From the NCBI RefSeq assembly GCF_009834535.1, contig NC_045697.1, positions 41,232,001 to 41,296,000 of the forward strand: DNA of 64,000 bases. The letters are read 5' to 3'. Positions 25,101 to 38,492 of the stretch are shown here, piece after piece; the first letter of the stretch is position 1; each line of letters begins with the position of its first letter. Under the pieces are notes generated by a model. The model made no database searches and had not been told where the DNA came from. It saw only the letters and a list, made by a program, of their open reading frames with translations. The translations under genes were made by a program, and so were the position numbers. Source of the stretch: Camelus ferus (lineage: Eukaryota).

Positions 25101-27569
25101 ATGATTATTCCATACTACAAATGGGGAACTGAGGCACAGAGATTAAATAAATTGTTCAAAACCATATACCTAGTAAATAGTGGAGCTGAGATGTGAACTT
25201 ATGCACTATGAATTTCTTCATCTGAAAAATGGGGATTGCTGGGTTTAAACATGCAACAGTCTTTGAACAAGTGCCTGGCACACAATAATTGCTTAATAAA
25301 TGTTAGTTATTATTATTAAGAATTAGATTAGTGAGAGATTTCAATGAAGAAATACAAAAAATAAACTGGATAGTTCAGTCCTGGCAGCTCACAGATGGAA
25401 CTTTGACGAAGAAAAGGGGAATGTAGGCTGCATTTGCAAGTACACTAGCCTGAGATGGGTTTAACCTACAGATAAGAAAGGAAACTCAAGCTCTTTGATC
25501 TTTTCAATATCTACCACAAATGAAAATTTAGACTTAAAAAAGGAAAAAGCTTTGCTTGCTGTTTTAGTAAGCAAACATGCTGAAGCTGCATTAAAACCCA
25601 GATAGGGAAGAGAGACACTCTGGAAGCCTTCCATATCCTGAGATTTTTCAGTGGGAAGAGACCCAAAATTCGACTCCTATCACATCACACTTCCTTATTT
25701 CTTAATGTCTTTTCTAACATCTTTGATTATTACATTTGGCTTAAGGTGGAGCTTTTCTAAGACTAATGCTGGTGGTGAGAGAGAATTTCTGCAGCTAAAT
25801 CTTAGAAAATTGAATTCCACAATAAGCAAGTTACTGTTTAAATTTTCTTTCAATACTCCTGATTAGGTCATGGAGAAAGTCCCAGTTTAATGCGAGTTAC
25901 TTTGTTTTATTTGCTCATCTCCTCTTTCAACAAATAGAGACATGTCCTAAGCGTGGGGCACCGCTGCACAGGCAGGCCACTCTATTATAGCCTGATGACA
26001 TCATTACACTCGCATATTTCAAAATGATACTGACTTTTGTACTTCCCGTTTACTTACAGAACATTTTACTGGTTTTCCATTGAAGAAAATAATACTGATC
26101 TAAGGTTTCCATTTTAAACAAATAAATTCAAGCATAAAAATGGGATATTTAAAAAATATAAGTAAATAGCATTAGGATATGGCAAATAGTATGATAGCTG
26201 TATGCAAATGAAAAAACAAAGTAAAGGAAAACACCAGCTTAAAAAAATTCTATTGAGGAAAAATGGATGACTTAGCAAGATGGTTCAATTAACAGGCTCA
26301 TTAACACTTACGGGCTATTTGTGGAATCCTAGAACCTCTTTCTCCCAATTTCATGAGTCATAACTAAACATCGGCACCTCAAGTCTAAACAGCCAACATT
26401 GATGATATAATGAAACATATACCATACTTCAATTAAATGTAATATTCCAATTACATCACAAAATGTGTTTATTTATATACATCTTATGTTTCCCTGCCTA
26501 ATAAAAGGAACAGTATTTTTACAAGATGCTTTTCCCTAAACCAGAGCATAACTTTCTCCTCTTTCTAACCGGCCTAAATTCAGGCAGAGCAGTTTCCCCT
26601 CTGGGAATTACAGAGAGAACTGGGGTGGGGCATAGAAAAGAGTGAGGTAGTGGATTTAATTATACTGAATTTACATTATCATGTAGCTAAAAAAGTAATT
26701 CTTCCTAATTTCCCCTTGTGTCTGAGGCAAAGGAAAAGAAAAGGGAGAGGAAGAGCCCCAAAATGACTCTTTCGTATTTAATATTCCACTCTAATACCCT
26801 CCACTCCTTCCTACTTATGCCATGTGAGACATGTATCTGGGTTTTTCTCCTCAAAATGAAACATAAATAGGGATTCAGCATACAAGGAGGACATGATCAA
26901 TGCACAAAGTGTCTTGAATTTTTGTTCAATGCTTTGAAAAACATAAACAAAAAAAGATACGCTGTGTATACTTTGAATCTTCACTGATTGATGTTAAATA
27001 TTCCTTAATATACTAGTAATTTAATAGACTTAAAAAAAAAACACGGAAGCACTAATAATACATATTAAATCTTTCAATTCACTCTTTGTTCCAGTAGCAC
27101 ATTCCACTCCTGCTCCCCTTCATACTTAATGTTTCTGAATCCGACGCCTCTCCAGGGTTCTCTGGGACGAAATGAGTCCACCCTTTTCTATCCCATTCTG
27201 TTCATTTTCTGTGCTTGATTTCTTCCACTTTGCTTCCTCAGGTAACTTTACTCCTTATGATCATTTAAAAATGCTTGATTTTTTTCTATAAGCAGATAAA
27301 CCCTCATCTGTTCACTTTTTTACTGAGTTTTTAGCATTTTAATTTCTCTACTATCATTTAAGCGGAGACTAAAGAAATTAATTTGATAAATCTGTTCAAC
27401 CTTCTTAAATTGAAAGTTTTTTGAATACTTTTCTGATGTAATTTACACACTGAACAACTCCATCCTCATTTACAGGAAAAGTGCATAGTACACAGACCTA
27501 ATTATCACAGGGCAAATAATAAATAGAAAAATTAGTACTTTGAAAAAAATCTTACAGACTAATAATGTC

Positions 27570-28680
27570 CATGTTGCCAAATTCAGTGATCCTTATCTTA
27601 CACTCAGTCTACCTAACAGGCATATCATTTATCAAATCAAAAACTGAATTCTTGATTTCAACTACTAAACCTCTCTTCCAACATTCCCCATTTTGAAATG
27701 GAACTGAGCCAATTTATTCAGGCCCCAAACTTTGCAGTTTGGAGTCACCTGATTTCTATCTTTTCCTCATATCCCACATCCAATCTGTTAGCTCTTCTTT
27801 CAAAATATATCTTGAATATATTTGGTAAGTTTTGAGACCTCTACTGGCTACTCTGTATTGTCTACAACAGTGTTCTGCAATAAAACCTCTGATGATAGAT
27901 ATATCTTACATTTGTGCTGTCCAACACAGTAAAGTCAATAGCCATACGTGACTGCTGAGCCCTTGAAATGGGGCTAGTGCAAGAAAGGAACTGAATTTTT
28001 AAATTTTATTTAATTTTAACTTAAGCTGTCACATGTAACTTGTGGCTACCATAGTGAACGGTGAAAGTCTAGAAAACTACAACAATGAGGTTATAAACGG
28101 TCTTTTTGCTTCCCCTCTTGCCCCTGTAGTCTCCTCCCAATAGTGATCCTTTTTAAATGTAGATCTAATAATGTCACTCTGCTTCATGGTTTCCCATCAC
28201 GTGGAATGAAATCTCAGCTCCCTATTCAGGCTTACAGTTCCCTACATGATTTTTCCCCAGGCTACCTCTACACCTCACCCACTCATTCTTCCCTTCAGTT
28301 CTGACACACTCAACCCCAGCAACGGTGATGCAAGCCCTTGCATTTGTCTATACCATCCCCGCCTCAAATATCCACAGGGCTTAACCTCCTTGCTTTATTC
28401 AGCTCTTGACTGACTATTAATTCACAGAAAGATTTTCCTTAAATACCCAGTCCCTAATTTTCTCCACACCCTTATCCAATTTTATAATGCTTCACAGCAT
28501 TTACAATACCTGATGCTATATTATAGATTTAATTATTATTGAATGTTTCTCACAGCCAAATACAAAACTCATGAAAACAGAAAATTTGGTCTCTTGTTAA
28601 TTGGTGTATACCTAAATGTCTAGGATAGTGCCTGGTACAAAGCAGATTCTCAAAAATTTTTACTGACTGACTGAATAAAC
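27570..28680 (+). mobile_element. L2 3' region interrupted by MER3 (~27868-28070)
   Basis: Pyrimidine-rich L2 body ending gtgcctggtacaaagcag...ctgactgactgaataa. Inner MER3 motifs tgtgctgtccaacacagt...cttgaaatggggctagtgc...gaactgaatttttaaattttattt...gtggctaccat. Confidence 0.7.
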
Positions 28681-29899
28681 TTAAACTCCATTTATTCTCT
28701 TAGTCTCACATTTATATAATAAAGATTTATTTAGTGCTCATTATTTAAAAGGCACTGCATCAGGCAATGTGGGGAATTCAAATTGACAGCAGCATAGATC
28801 TTGTACATCTGATAACCACTGGAATAATCCTTAAAGTTTCTCAAATCTTAAGATTTTGAGTCTATGACTACAACTGGGAACAGCTGGGACTGCTTCTCTT
28901 CGGGATGAGAGCAGGAGTAGAACATGCCTATCCTCCAATGTTAAAACATTTGCCCTCTGGAAGGAGTAGTCTTTTTATAGTATTTCTAACAGAATGCAGA
29001 ATTGAGACCAATCAGTTAAAATTAGGTAATCTTCAGTTCAAAATATAGACTTTCTAACAATATAGAAAAACTCTTGAGGTAATGTTCTAAAGTGGCCAAG
29101 CAGAGGGAAATAACTATTAGGTAGGGTTGTCAAATTTTCCTATGTTAGGTGCGTGGGGTGGCCTTAGGTGACCTCTAACATGCGTTCCAAGTCTAACATT
29201 ATATTGTCTATAAAATGGTCTAATGAATGCAAGTTAATACGTCAGTCATTTTCAGACAAGTTGCTTCCTGCTTTTTATATAAGTAGTTAAGTCTGAAGAC
29301 TGACAGATAGCAAGGAATGGAAATGAGAATCAAAACAGAGTTACACAAATATTCTACTGAATAAAAAACACTTTGTACCTGTATTGTAGAAATATACTCA
29401 ACTATGAGGCTGCAGTATATGAAATTGACAATATTTGACCATTTTTATAGTTCAACTTAAAAAATGACTTGCCAAACTTTACTAGCATAGTCACTATGCA
29501 ATTTTTGCATCTGTACTATCAGGAAGTGAGCCAAGTCTTAACTTAAAAGTGTTCAGTTAAGGAAAACAAAATCAGTTCAATAGCATATGCCTTCTAAAAT
29601 TTCACTTATATCAACAAAACATAACTTCTAGTTCCGATCAGTAGACCATGAGAAAGTCAGTCCTAATAGGTCAATTAATTCTTAAGCTCTTGGTGGGGGA
29701 AAAAAAAAAAAGCTAAGAACAAATGTGTACTAAATTATATCTTAGTATTAATATGCAATTCAGTAGCAGATTCAAACTTGTTAGTGAATAATCAGAACCT
29801 GGATGACCATCTCTTACTTCCATTAGTAATTACATCTTAGGGAAGCAGTGCAATTATATCCCTAACAGGTCTTTTCTTCATTCAAAAACCAAGCATGGT

Positions 29900-29993
29900 G
29901 GGGGGTGGGTATAGCGCAGCGGTAGAGCTCATGATTAGCATGCAAGAGGTCTTGGGTTCAATCCCCAGTACCTCCACTAAAAAAAAAAAAAAA
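29900..29993 (+). mobile_element. tRNA-derived SINE (camelid Vic-1-like)
   Basis: gggtatagcgcagcggtagag (A box)...gggttcaatcccc (B box), then agtacctcca and an A-run. Confidence 0.85.
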
Positions 29994-31012
29994 GCGTAAT
30001 TCTTAAGTCTGCTGTTTTATGAAGGGCATTTCAGCTTTCTTAAACCTACGTCTATATCTCAGCTGTCTAATGTTAGAGGTATTTCCAAAATCAACAATAT
30101 CTTACTGGAATTGGTACCATTCTTTTAGTACTGAGATTTTTGGATAACCAAGTTTTACATTCTCCATTACAGGACTGCTCTGTTTTAATCTGTGGCCAAC
30201 ACTGCATAAACTTCATATCAGGAAATAAATTCTTATGGCTTTTGTTTCTTTGTAAAAGACCAAAGTGATTACATTTATCTGAAAATCCCAAATGTTTTTT
30301 TTTATTTGAATTGACTAATTGACTATGACAAAAGTATTCTGTCAAAGGTAAAGGAAATTCTTAAAAGTCAAACCAAAAAATAACTTCACCAAGAAATGAT
30401 AAAAGGAAACGGAGCCCACAGTATCTCCAAGGTATGTCTGTACTTGTTTTGTCAGTTCCTGAGAGAGACATATTGAAATCTCCAACTACAACTGTGGATT
30501 TGTCAATTTTCACTTGCAGTTCTGTTTTTGCTTCAAGTATTTTGAAGCTCTGTTATTAAGAGTATAAATGTTTAGGACTCTTAAATCTTCTTGATCAATG
30601 AACCCTGCTGTCATTATAAAATGGTATTTTTTCATCCTGGTAATATTCTTTGTCCTGCGATCTACTTTGTTTGATATTAATACAGCCAGTTCTCTTTTAA
30701 TGAGTGTTAACATGGTATATCTTTTCCATCCTTTTACTTTTAACCATGATTGCATATAGTTTGCTGTTGATTTTTTAATACAATCTGACAAGTTCTGCCT
30801 TTTTAATTAGGGTGTCTAAGCCATTTAATATGATTATTGATATAGTTGGATTTATTGTTTTGCTATTTGTTTTTTATTTGTCCTGTTTTTCCTCCCACCC
30901 CTTTTTTTCTTTTCCTGCCTTTAGATTAACAATGATTTTTATGATTCCATTTTATCTCTTTAGTTAGCTTTTAGCTATAACTCTGTTATTTTACTTATTG
31001 CTATACAATTTA

Positions 31013-31113
31013 GGTTTATTTATTTCTTTATTTAATGGAGGTATGGGGGATTGAACCCAGGACCTCATGCATGCTAAGCACATGCTCTTACCACTAAGCT
31101 ATACCCTCCCCCC
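31013..31113 (-). mobile_element. tRNA-derived SINE (Vic-1-like) with 16-bp TSD
   Basis: Reverse complement of ggggagggtatagcttagtggt...gcttagcatgcatgaggtcctgggttcaatcccc. TSD AT(T/C)GCTATACAATTTA at 30997-31012 and 31114-31129. Confidence 0.9.
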
Positions 31114-31207
31114 ATCGCTATACAATTTATAGTACACATCTTTAACTTATTCCAGTCTACCGTCACATGATATTATATCATTTCATATAAGAACTCACAA
31201 TCGTATA

Positions 31208-31402
31208 CAGTTGACCCTTGAACAACACAGGGATTAGGGGCACTGACCTTCTGTGCAGTTGAAAATCTGTGTATAACTTAGCCCATCATATCCACAGATT
31301 CAATCAGCTGCAGATCACATAGTGCCATTGTATTTACTGCTGAAAAATTTGCATGTAAGTGGACCAATGTGGTTCAAATCTGTGCTGTTCAAGGGTGAAC
31401 TG
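31208..31402. mobile_element. TcMar-Tigger MITE (MER8/Tigger2-like)
   Basis: Terminal inverted repeats CAGTTGACCCTTGAACAACACAG / CTGTGCTGTTCAAGGGTGAACTG, with a TA duplication on both sides. Confidence 0.88.
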
Positions 31403-32169
31403 TACTTCCATTTCCCTCCTCTTAACCTTTGTGCTATTGCCATGCATTTTACTTTTACATGTGTTATAAATTCCATACTACATTATTATTTTTGCTTAAA
31501 AATCAATTACCTTTAAAAAGAAAAGGAAAAGTTTTTTGCACATAAGAAATTACAAGCACATTAAAAAAAAAGTACCAATCTTTATCTATAGGTATTTTTA
31601 AACCACTCCCATGTAACTTCAACACTGTTATTCTTGGTACAAATAAAAACATTTTTTTTTTTTTTACAGTTAGCTGATCTTGTAAGTCAAGTCATAAAAT
31701 GTTACAACTATTATTTAAAAATGAAAGTGAAAAATTATTAAATATCTTAAGACTGTAGTCTAACTAACTGGTGAGAGACCTGGCTGAAGTGATATAAGAG
31801 CCGGCTCTCTGCACAGAGAGATTCATCACCTCCCTGGACAGACAAGGGTATGCTTTCCCCCTTGCATAACTCCAGAGGGCACATTCTGAACTACGTGAAG
31901 CTAAAAACAGACATCCAAACTTATTGGCTCCCATATCTGTGTAAATGTTATATTTAAAAAACATTAGATAAAAAGTATGAGAGTTAAAGCTGCCACGTTG
32001 AGTGTTCTTGACCATTCAACTAGGATAATCTGATACGTACAAAAGGAATTGATGATATCTGCCAAGCTGTCTGCCAGCATCTCTTTCCTTCCTCTTTGAC
32101 TCTTTACTTGATCTTCTCTGACCTGTGATCAAATGTCCTATACTATTTGCTCCTTCCCTGGGAAGGCAG

Positions 32170-32420
32170 TGTAAAGAAATGGTAAAGTACCTAAGCTTTA
32201 GAGTCAGACAGAATGAGTTTAAGTCCTTGCTCATTCATTTAACAGTTGCATAATCTTGGCAAGTTATTTCACCCTCCTATAGTTTACTTCCCTCATTTGT
32301 AATAGGAAAATAATAATGGTACTTAAGTAAAGGGTTGCTAGGTGGATTAAATGAAATGATGTAAGTAAAACTCTCTGCCCAAGGTAAGTGCTCAAAATGT
32401 TAGCCATTAATGTTTCATTA
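32170..32420 (+). mobile_element. MIR
   Basis: gctttagagtcagacaga...ggcaagttatttcaccctc...cctcatttgtaataggaaaataataa...ggattaaatga...aagtgctcaaaatgttagc. Confidence 0.8.
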
Positions 32421-34829
32421 TTGAATTTTGGGGGATTCTTATAGAGTAGGCCTATTAGTCTACTTTTCTCAGCCTTTTATAGATTACCTTTTAAAGACAT
32501 TTAAATATTTTTAAAAAATCTGTACTTTCTACTGTAGTTAGCATTTTCACTTGGTATCTATTTGGTATCACTTCTTTTCTGTCTGAAGGGCTTCAACATT
32601 TCTGCTGGGATGAATTCTTTCAGCTACCATACCTCTGTAAAAGCCTATTTCACTTCATTTTTAAAAGATTTTCATTGGGTAGAGAAATTCTAGGTTGACA
32701 GTTTCTTTCAGCACCTTAACGAAGTTGTTGCACTGTCTTCTTGCTTGCACTCTTTCTGACAAGAAGTACACTGCCATCCTTATCTTTGTTCCTCTTTTTC
32801 TTTGGCTGCCTTTAAGATTGTCTCTTTATCACAGGTTTTGAACAGCTTGAACATGATGTACCTTGGTGTAATTGTCTTCATGTTCCTCACGCTTGGGGTT
32901 CATTAAGATTCTGAATCTGTGTGTTTAGAGTTTTCATCAAATTTGGAAAAGCTTCAGCCATTATTTATTCAAATATTTTTTTCATCATGGCCTTCTTTCT
33001 TCCCTCCTTTAGGGACTCAAATTTCAGGTATATTAGGCCACTTGAAGTTATCCCACAATTCACTGGTGTTCTGTTTATTTTTTAAAATTATTTTCCTCTG
33101 TGTTTCATTTTGAATAATTTTACAGGTATGTCTTCAAGTTACTAATTTTTTCTCCTGTAACGTTTAATCTGCCATTAATCCCATCCCACATATTTTTCAT
33201 CTCAGACATTATAGTTATCATATTTAGTAGCTCATTCTGTTGCTACTAACTTTTGCACATACGGAATACACTTATAAAATCATTTTAATGTATTTATCTG
33301 CTAATTCTAACCTCTCTGTCAGTTCAGAGTCAGTTTGATTGATTTATATTCTCATCATAGATTGTATTTCCCTGTTTCTTTGCATGCCTGGAAATTTTGT
33401 ATTGGATGCCATATATTGTCAATTTCACCATGTTGGATATAGAGTATGTTTATAAATATTTTGAGTTTTGCTTGAGGTGAAGGTAAATTATTTGAAAACT
33501 TTTAAGTTTGATCCTTTTGGGTCTAGCTTTTAAGATTTGTTATTCTGGCCCAGAGCAATGCTCAGTGTAGGGCTCATTTTAGGTGCAAGATTCTTCTGTG
33601 TACTCTACCTAATGTCCTGTGAATCTTGAGGTTTTCCAGTCTGGTTTGTGGAAATAGGCACTATTTCCAGCCCTGCTGGAATACACAAATATTGTTCCCT
33701 CTAATCCTTTTGTATGGTTCCTTTACAGCTCAAGAAGTTTCCCCACATGCATGTGTGTACTGAGTTCTCAGATGAATACGAAGGGGAGCCTCTAGATCCC
33801 TGGGGTTCCTTCTCTGTGCTGTTCTTGCCTCTCCACTACTCTGTCCTGTTAACTCTAGCTGCCTTATTCTCCATAGACTTTTCAGCAATATGCCCTGAAT
33901 TCAGGGTGTCTACCATTCTCCATCTGGTTTCCTATTCCTTACACCACAGGCCTAGAAACGCTCTCAGGCTTAGTAAGCTAAGCCATCGTTAAGGTTCACC
34001 TTGTTTCCAACTCTCAAGGATATCACTCTTTCATTGCCTGATGTCCAGTGTCTTGAAAATTGTTGTTTCTAATACTTTACACAATTTTAGTTGTCAGATA
34101 AATCTTGTCCCTGTTACTCCATCTTGGCTAGAAGCAGAAGTTTTGCTGGTTTATTATGTTTATTTCTCTGTACTAAACCACTGTAAATGGCATCTCAATT
34201 CAATTATCCCTGATGGATTGGGGTCAAATCTTATGTGGTTATGAGGCTGCCCCTTTAGATTGTTACTGTGTGAGTCTTTTCACTGACTGCCTTAAAGGCA
34301 GTCATTCTTCTGTTTAAAAAGCACAGTTGAAAGAAACAGTATGAAGGCTAAGGAATTTTAATGCTGTGGAGAAGAATGCCTAGAAGTTCGTGCGGCTAAG
34401 TAAGTCACAAAGTAATTTTCATTCTATAGAGCTTCTATACGAAGGATTTTTCTTTTAGAACTCTCGCAAATGAAAAGAACATTCATGGGGGGAGTATGGA
34501 GATACTGAATGTACAGGCAGGAGAAAGGAAGGAAGAATGACAGACTTTGAGAAAGAAAGGGGTTGAGAATGAAATATTTCTAAGAAATATCATGGAAACC
34601 AAGTCTTTGATACATTTACACACCAGACATTGTCCTCTATATATTTTAAGAAACAGTCTTGTTCTTTTCTTTCTTCCTACTCAAAAATCCAATGTTTACT
34701 TAACTAATATGCTAAAGTGAAATATCAATCAAAGCAGACAGCTGGAAGAATTATTATCATTATTATCCTTTAATAAACGTCAAAACAAAATACGGCAAGT
34801 TCATACAAGTGTAAGGTGGTTAAGATAAT

Positions 34830-35165
34830 CTAGGGCACAGGTTGCCCAGGGGATTTACTTGGCCTGCAGACATGTGGTGTTTGGCCTATAAAGCAATGAC
34901 CACATCATTATTTTACAAAAGTGTGAATTTGTGGCCAGTATCTATAAACAGGAAGACTTCACAAATTGGAGAGATTTCATATAAAAATCTTGGGAAAAAA
35001 AGGAGATGCAGCAGCACTCAAAGTGGGAAGCAGATGCTCCCTTTAGCTATAGTCTGAGCCCTTTAGTTCAGCACAACTGTCCATCATTCATTATTGTTTT
35101 CCTCTCCCCGCAACTACCTCTGGCCCTTCCTGCCCCTGCAGGTATTTAAGCTACTGACACCTGAT
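34830..35165. mobile_element. hAT-Charlie remnant (MER102-like)
   Basis: ttggcctgcagacatgtggtgtttggcct...gagatttcatataaaaatct...aggtatttaagctactgacacctg. Confidence 0.55.
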
Positions 35166-36929
35166 CCAGGGAACATATATTATTCCAACAAAGTAACTTG
35201 TATTTTTTTAACTCAGAGAACAAATATAAGAAAGCTTGACCAAAATATTTTTTTTTAAAGGAGAGAGAGGATTCCTAGAAAGATACATTGCAAAGAGTAC
35301 TTAGTTTTCTACCAATTGTAGGATAGCTGTATCTAGGGCACATTTTTAAAAACTATAGATTCCTGGGGATCTAGACAGTATTCCAAAATGTTTATTTTTA
35401 ACCAATAATTCAGATATAGCTCATGTTTGGAAACTACAATCTACCCTACCTGTTGCCTCTGTTTCAAAAGGTACACATAAAAGTAAGCATAATTGCAGAG
35501 AGCTGAAACAATATTACTAAAAAATTATGCTCTGGCACACACTTTTCCTCCCAATGCACTCTATTTAAGCAGGAAAAAAATCTGAACTTGAGGTATACAG
35601 TCTGAGTAACTCCATATTTAGTCTTCAGTTTTCATGCTTCAACCAAGAAAACCAGAAGAGCAAGCATGCTAAAAAAAAAACTGCTATATATCAAGCATCT
35701 ATGTAACAAAAATTTCTATGTTTTGGGGTTTCTTTCTAACTCATTGCTCCATAAGAGAACTGAAATAGCTCGAAGTTCCCCTTCCAACTGTAAATTGACC
35801 CAATTTCGACTGTACCAAATATTTATCAACTTCAGTTAAAAGAAAAATTTCAACCTAATAAACAAAACAGTGTATTAGTGGTAAGACATTCAAGTTTGCT
35901 TCTACTACTGATTTCTAACTGGTAATAAAAGAATGGGGATTAACAGGTCAAAAGTGTAAGAAATATTTGACTAATGAGGTAATTTGAGGGGGAGAGAAAC
36001 AAAAACCAGAAAAATAAAGATATATTGTTAAATATATTAAAAAGGAGGACTTTGTATAAATTATTTTCAAAAACAAAGAACTTTTTACCATAATAAGAGG
36101 GTGCATGTAAAGTTTCACTCTAAGGAAGACTAAAACATCTGTCTGGCATATCATTCATTACTGTTTCCTCCTGTGTCTGGTGACAGGACTGAAAGTGAAG
36201 GCTAACAAAAGATCACCCACAGGGGACGTGGAGATAGGAACAGAAAGACGACTTGCTTTTCAATCTGTGTACTGCTCAATCTTGCACAATATACATCTCA
36301 TCTATTCTAAAAAATAAGATACTTAAAAATAAGAATAGAAACTTTATCTGCTATAACAAAGTCTGCACAACTCACCCTTTCAGAGAGCAACAAAACTGTT
36401 TACTCAACAAAAAAACCTGCATGATCATGTCACTATTTGCATGAAAATAGTATATAGTTCTTAAGTGGGAAAAAAAAGGATGTGAAGACAGTTAAGGGAA
36501 AGAGTTAAATATTGATTTTATGTTTCAGAGAGCTCTAGGATACAAATTCTGCTTCTGTAAATAAGAGCAAATGTCGACTAATTTATACTGTGAATGAATT
36601 TTAAAACCATATGATAAACTAAAATTTAGAAACTTTTGTAGTTCTCCTATTGGGCACTTTTTATACCACCACATATAAAGCACGCAAGCCTACTGAAAGA
36701 GTTGATTCAAAGGAGAAAAAAAGAAACTTTGTTAGCAGTCACCAACAGTTCGGGGCTCTGTAAATACAGCTGTCAACAAAACCAAAGGACGATTTTTAAG
36801 TGCACTAAGGATGGAATGGAGAGTTGGCCATGAACTATTCTTAATGACCACACCTTAATAAGATCATTACTTCTAACCCTGAACTATAAGTTACAAATGG
36901 TTTTCACTATTAAAATATCTAGTGTGTAG

Positions 36930-38210
36930 CAATAAAGTACACAGTTGTTGGAACAGACTACCTAGATTCAAAATGCTGGCTCTTCCACTAAATCATCTAT
37001 AATTATTTTGGGCAAATTAATCTAACTCTACCTCAGTTTCCTTATCTGAAAAAAATGGGAGGTATTAGCAGTATCTACATTAAGGTTGTTTTGAGAAATT
37101 AATTTTTTAGTAAACAGCATATTTTATAAGTGTGTATTATCATTATAATTATCTAAACATCCTGGTAAAAAATGATCCAGCCTCAACTACATCTTCTAGT
37201 TCATGTAAAGCACTGGCTAAGATAACTTGATGTATTACAATCAGTAAGCCCCTTCCAAATTAAAAAGAAAGTCTTCAGGCAAAATATCATAATCTATTCC
37301 TCAATTCAACAGAATAGCTTCTATTTTAATTCTTCATAATCTAATCTTTCTACTCTAAAACAGGTTGATTTTCCTTTATACATCACCATGTTGGGCCTAT
37401 TTGTTTTTTTCTGGCCTTTTTACATTGAAAATTTTCATAAAAAGTAAAGTAAAACAAAAACTATGACTATAATCATGCTTTATTTACTAAGCTTTATCTT
37501 TTTTCCATTTAACATTATATTTCCATGTAATAAACAACCTCTCATCAACTAATTTTTGATGATCACAAAATTCCATTATGAGGATTTAGTATACTTAAAA
37601 CCATTCCTCCTCTGTAAACTATTTATGTTGTTTCCAATTTTATACCTTTGCAAATAATGCTGTGATGAGCATTTAAACACTTTAAAAACATTTTCAAAAG
37701 GACAGTTTTTTACCTTTACCCAACAGTTTATAGGAACTTAATGCTAGGAAGACCACAAGTTAGTAGGGGGAGACCTTGGGGAGAAAAAAGCTGAAAAGAA
37801 AATACACTACCATTTCAAGAACAACATGTTTTTAAAGATGAACAATTCCATAAACTTAGATTCCAACATAGACTGTGGAGTTCTCTTCCACATTTCCTAT
37901 GTAAATTGAGGTACTTTTTTGCTTCTCCTTGATATTCCTTGTGTTAAAAGATACTAAAGGAGAAGTTATGGTTAAGATAATTGACTGTGGAATCAGACAG
38001 ACATGGATCAAAATCCCTGCTCCACTACCAACCTGCTGTGTGATCTATGGCAACTCACTAAGCCTCTCTAAGCCTCAGTTTTCTCACCTGTAAAATAAGA
38101 ATGATAACATCTATCTTATAGATTTCTTATAAAAATTACTAATATCTTATTTTAAATTCTTAAAATAGTGCCTAGCATGTAGTAAATACACAAATAGTAT
38201 CTTGTCATTA
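36930..38210 (+). mobile_element. Two MIR copies (~36930-37150 and ~37965-38210)
   Basis: MIR core motifs cctcagtttccttatctgaaaa and ctaagcctcagttttctcacctgtaaaat; gtgcctagcatgtagtaa. Confidence 0.75.
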
Positions 38211-38372
38211 GAACTATTTTCACTTTTCACTTAGGTTACTTGAAAGATATCATAAACATATACATGTGTGGTTTGTGTATAAATTATTGGCTTAATCTAC
38301 AGAGTATGACGGCACTGGTGCATAGTTACAAACTGCTGCCCCATATAATTGGCCTTTAAAACACTATTCAGT

Positions 38373-38492
38373 GGGTGGGAGGTAGAGCTCAGTGGTAGAG
38401 CATGTGCTTGCCATGCATGAGGTCCTGGGTTCAACTGCCAGTGCTTCCGTTAAGGGGAAAAAATACATTTTTTTTTAAATTAAAAAAAAAAA
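38373..38492 (+). mobile_element. tRNA-derived SINE (Vic-1-like), more diverged
   Basis: gagctcagtggtagagcatgtgcttgccatgcatgaggtcctgggttcaac with an A-rich tail; ttcagt on both flanks. Confidence 0.85.

Larger units (their letters stand above)
30450..34140 (-). mobile_element. Old L1 (L1M) covering ORF2 EN, ORF1 and 5' regions, with nested insertions
   Basis: ORF 30510-30791 (AVLISNKVD...HFIMTAGFIDQEDLRVLNIYTLNNRASKYLKQ) resembles the L1 ORF2 endonuclease. 32480-34140 continues as ORF1/5' sequence. Interrupted at 31013, 31208 and ~31520-32480. Confidence 0.8.

Noticed and set aside
29900..38492. Three tRNA-like sequences with A and B boxes (29900, 31013, 38373)
   Set aside because: A-rich tails, a TSD and mutual divergence mark them as tRNA-derived SINEs, not tRNA genes.
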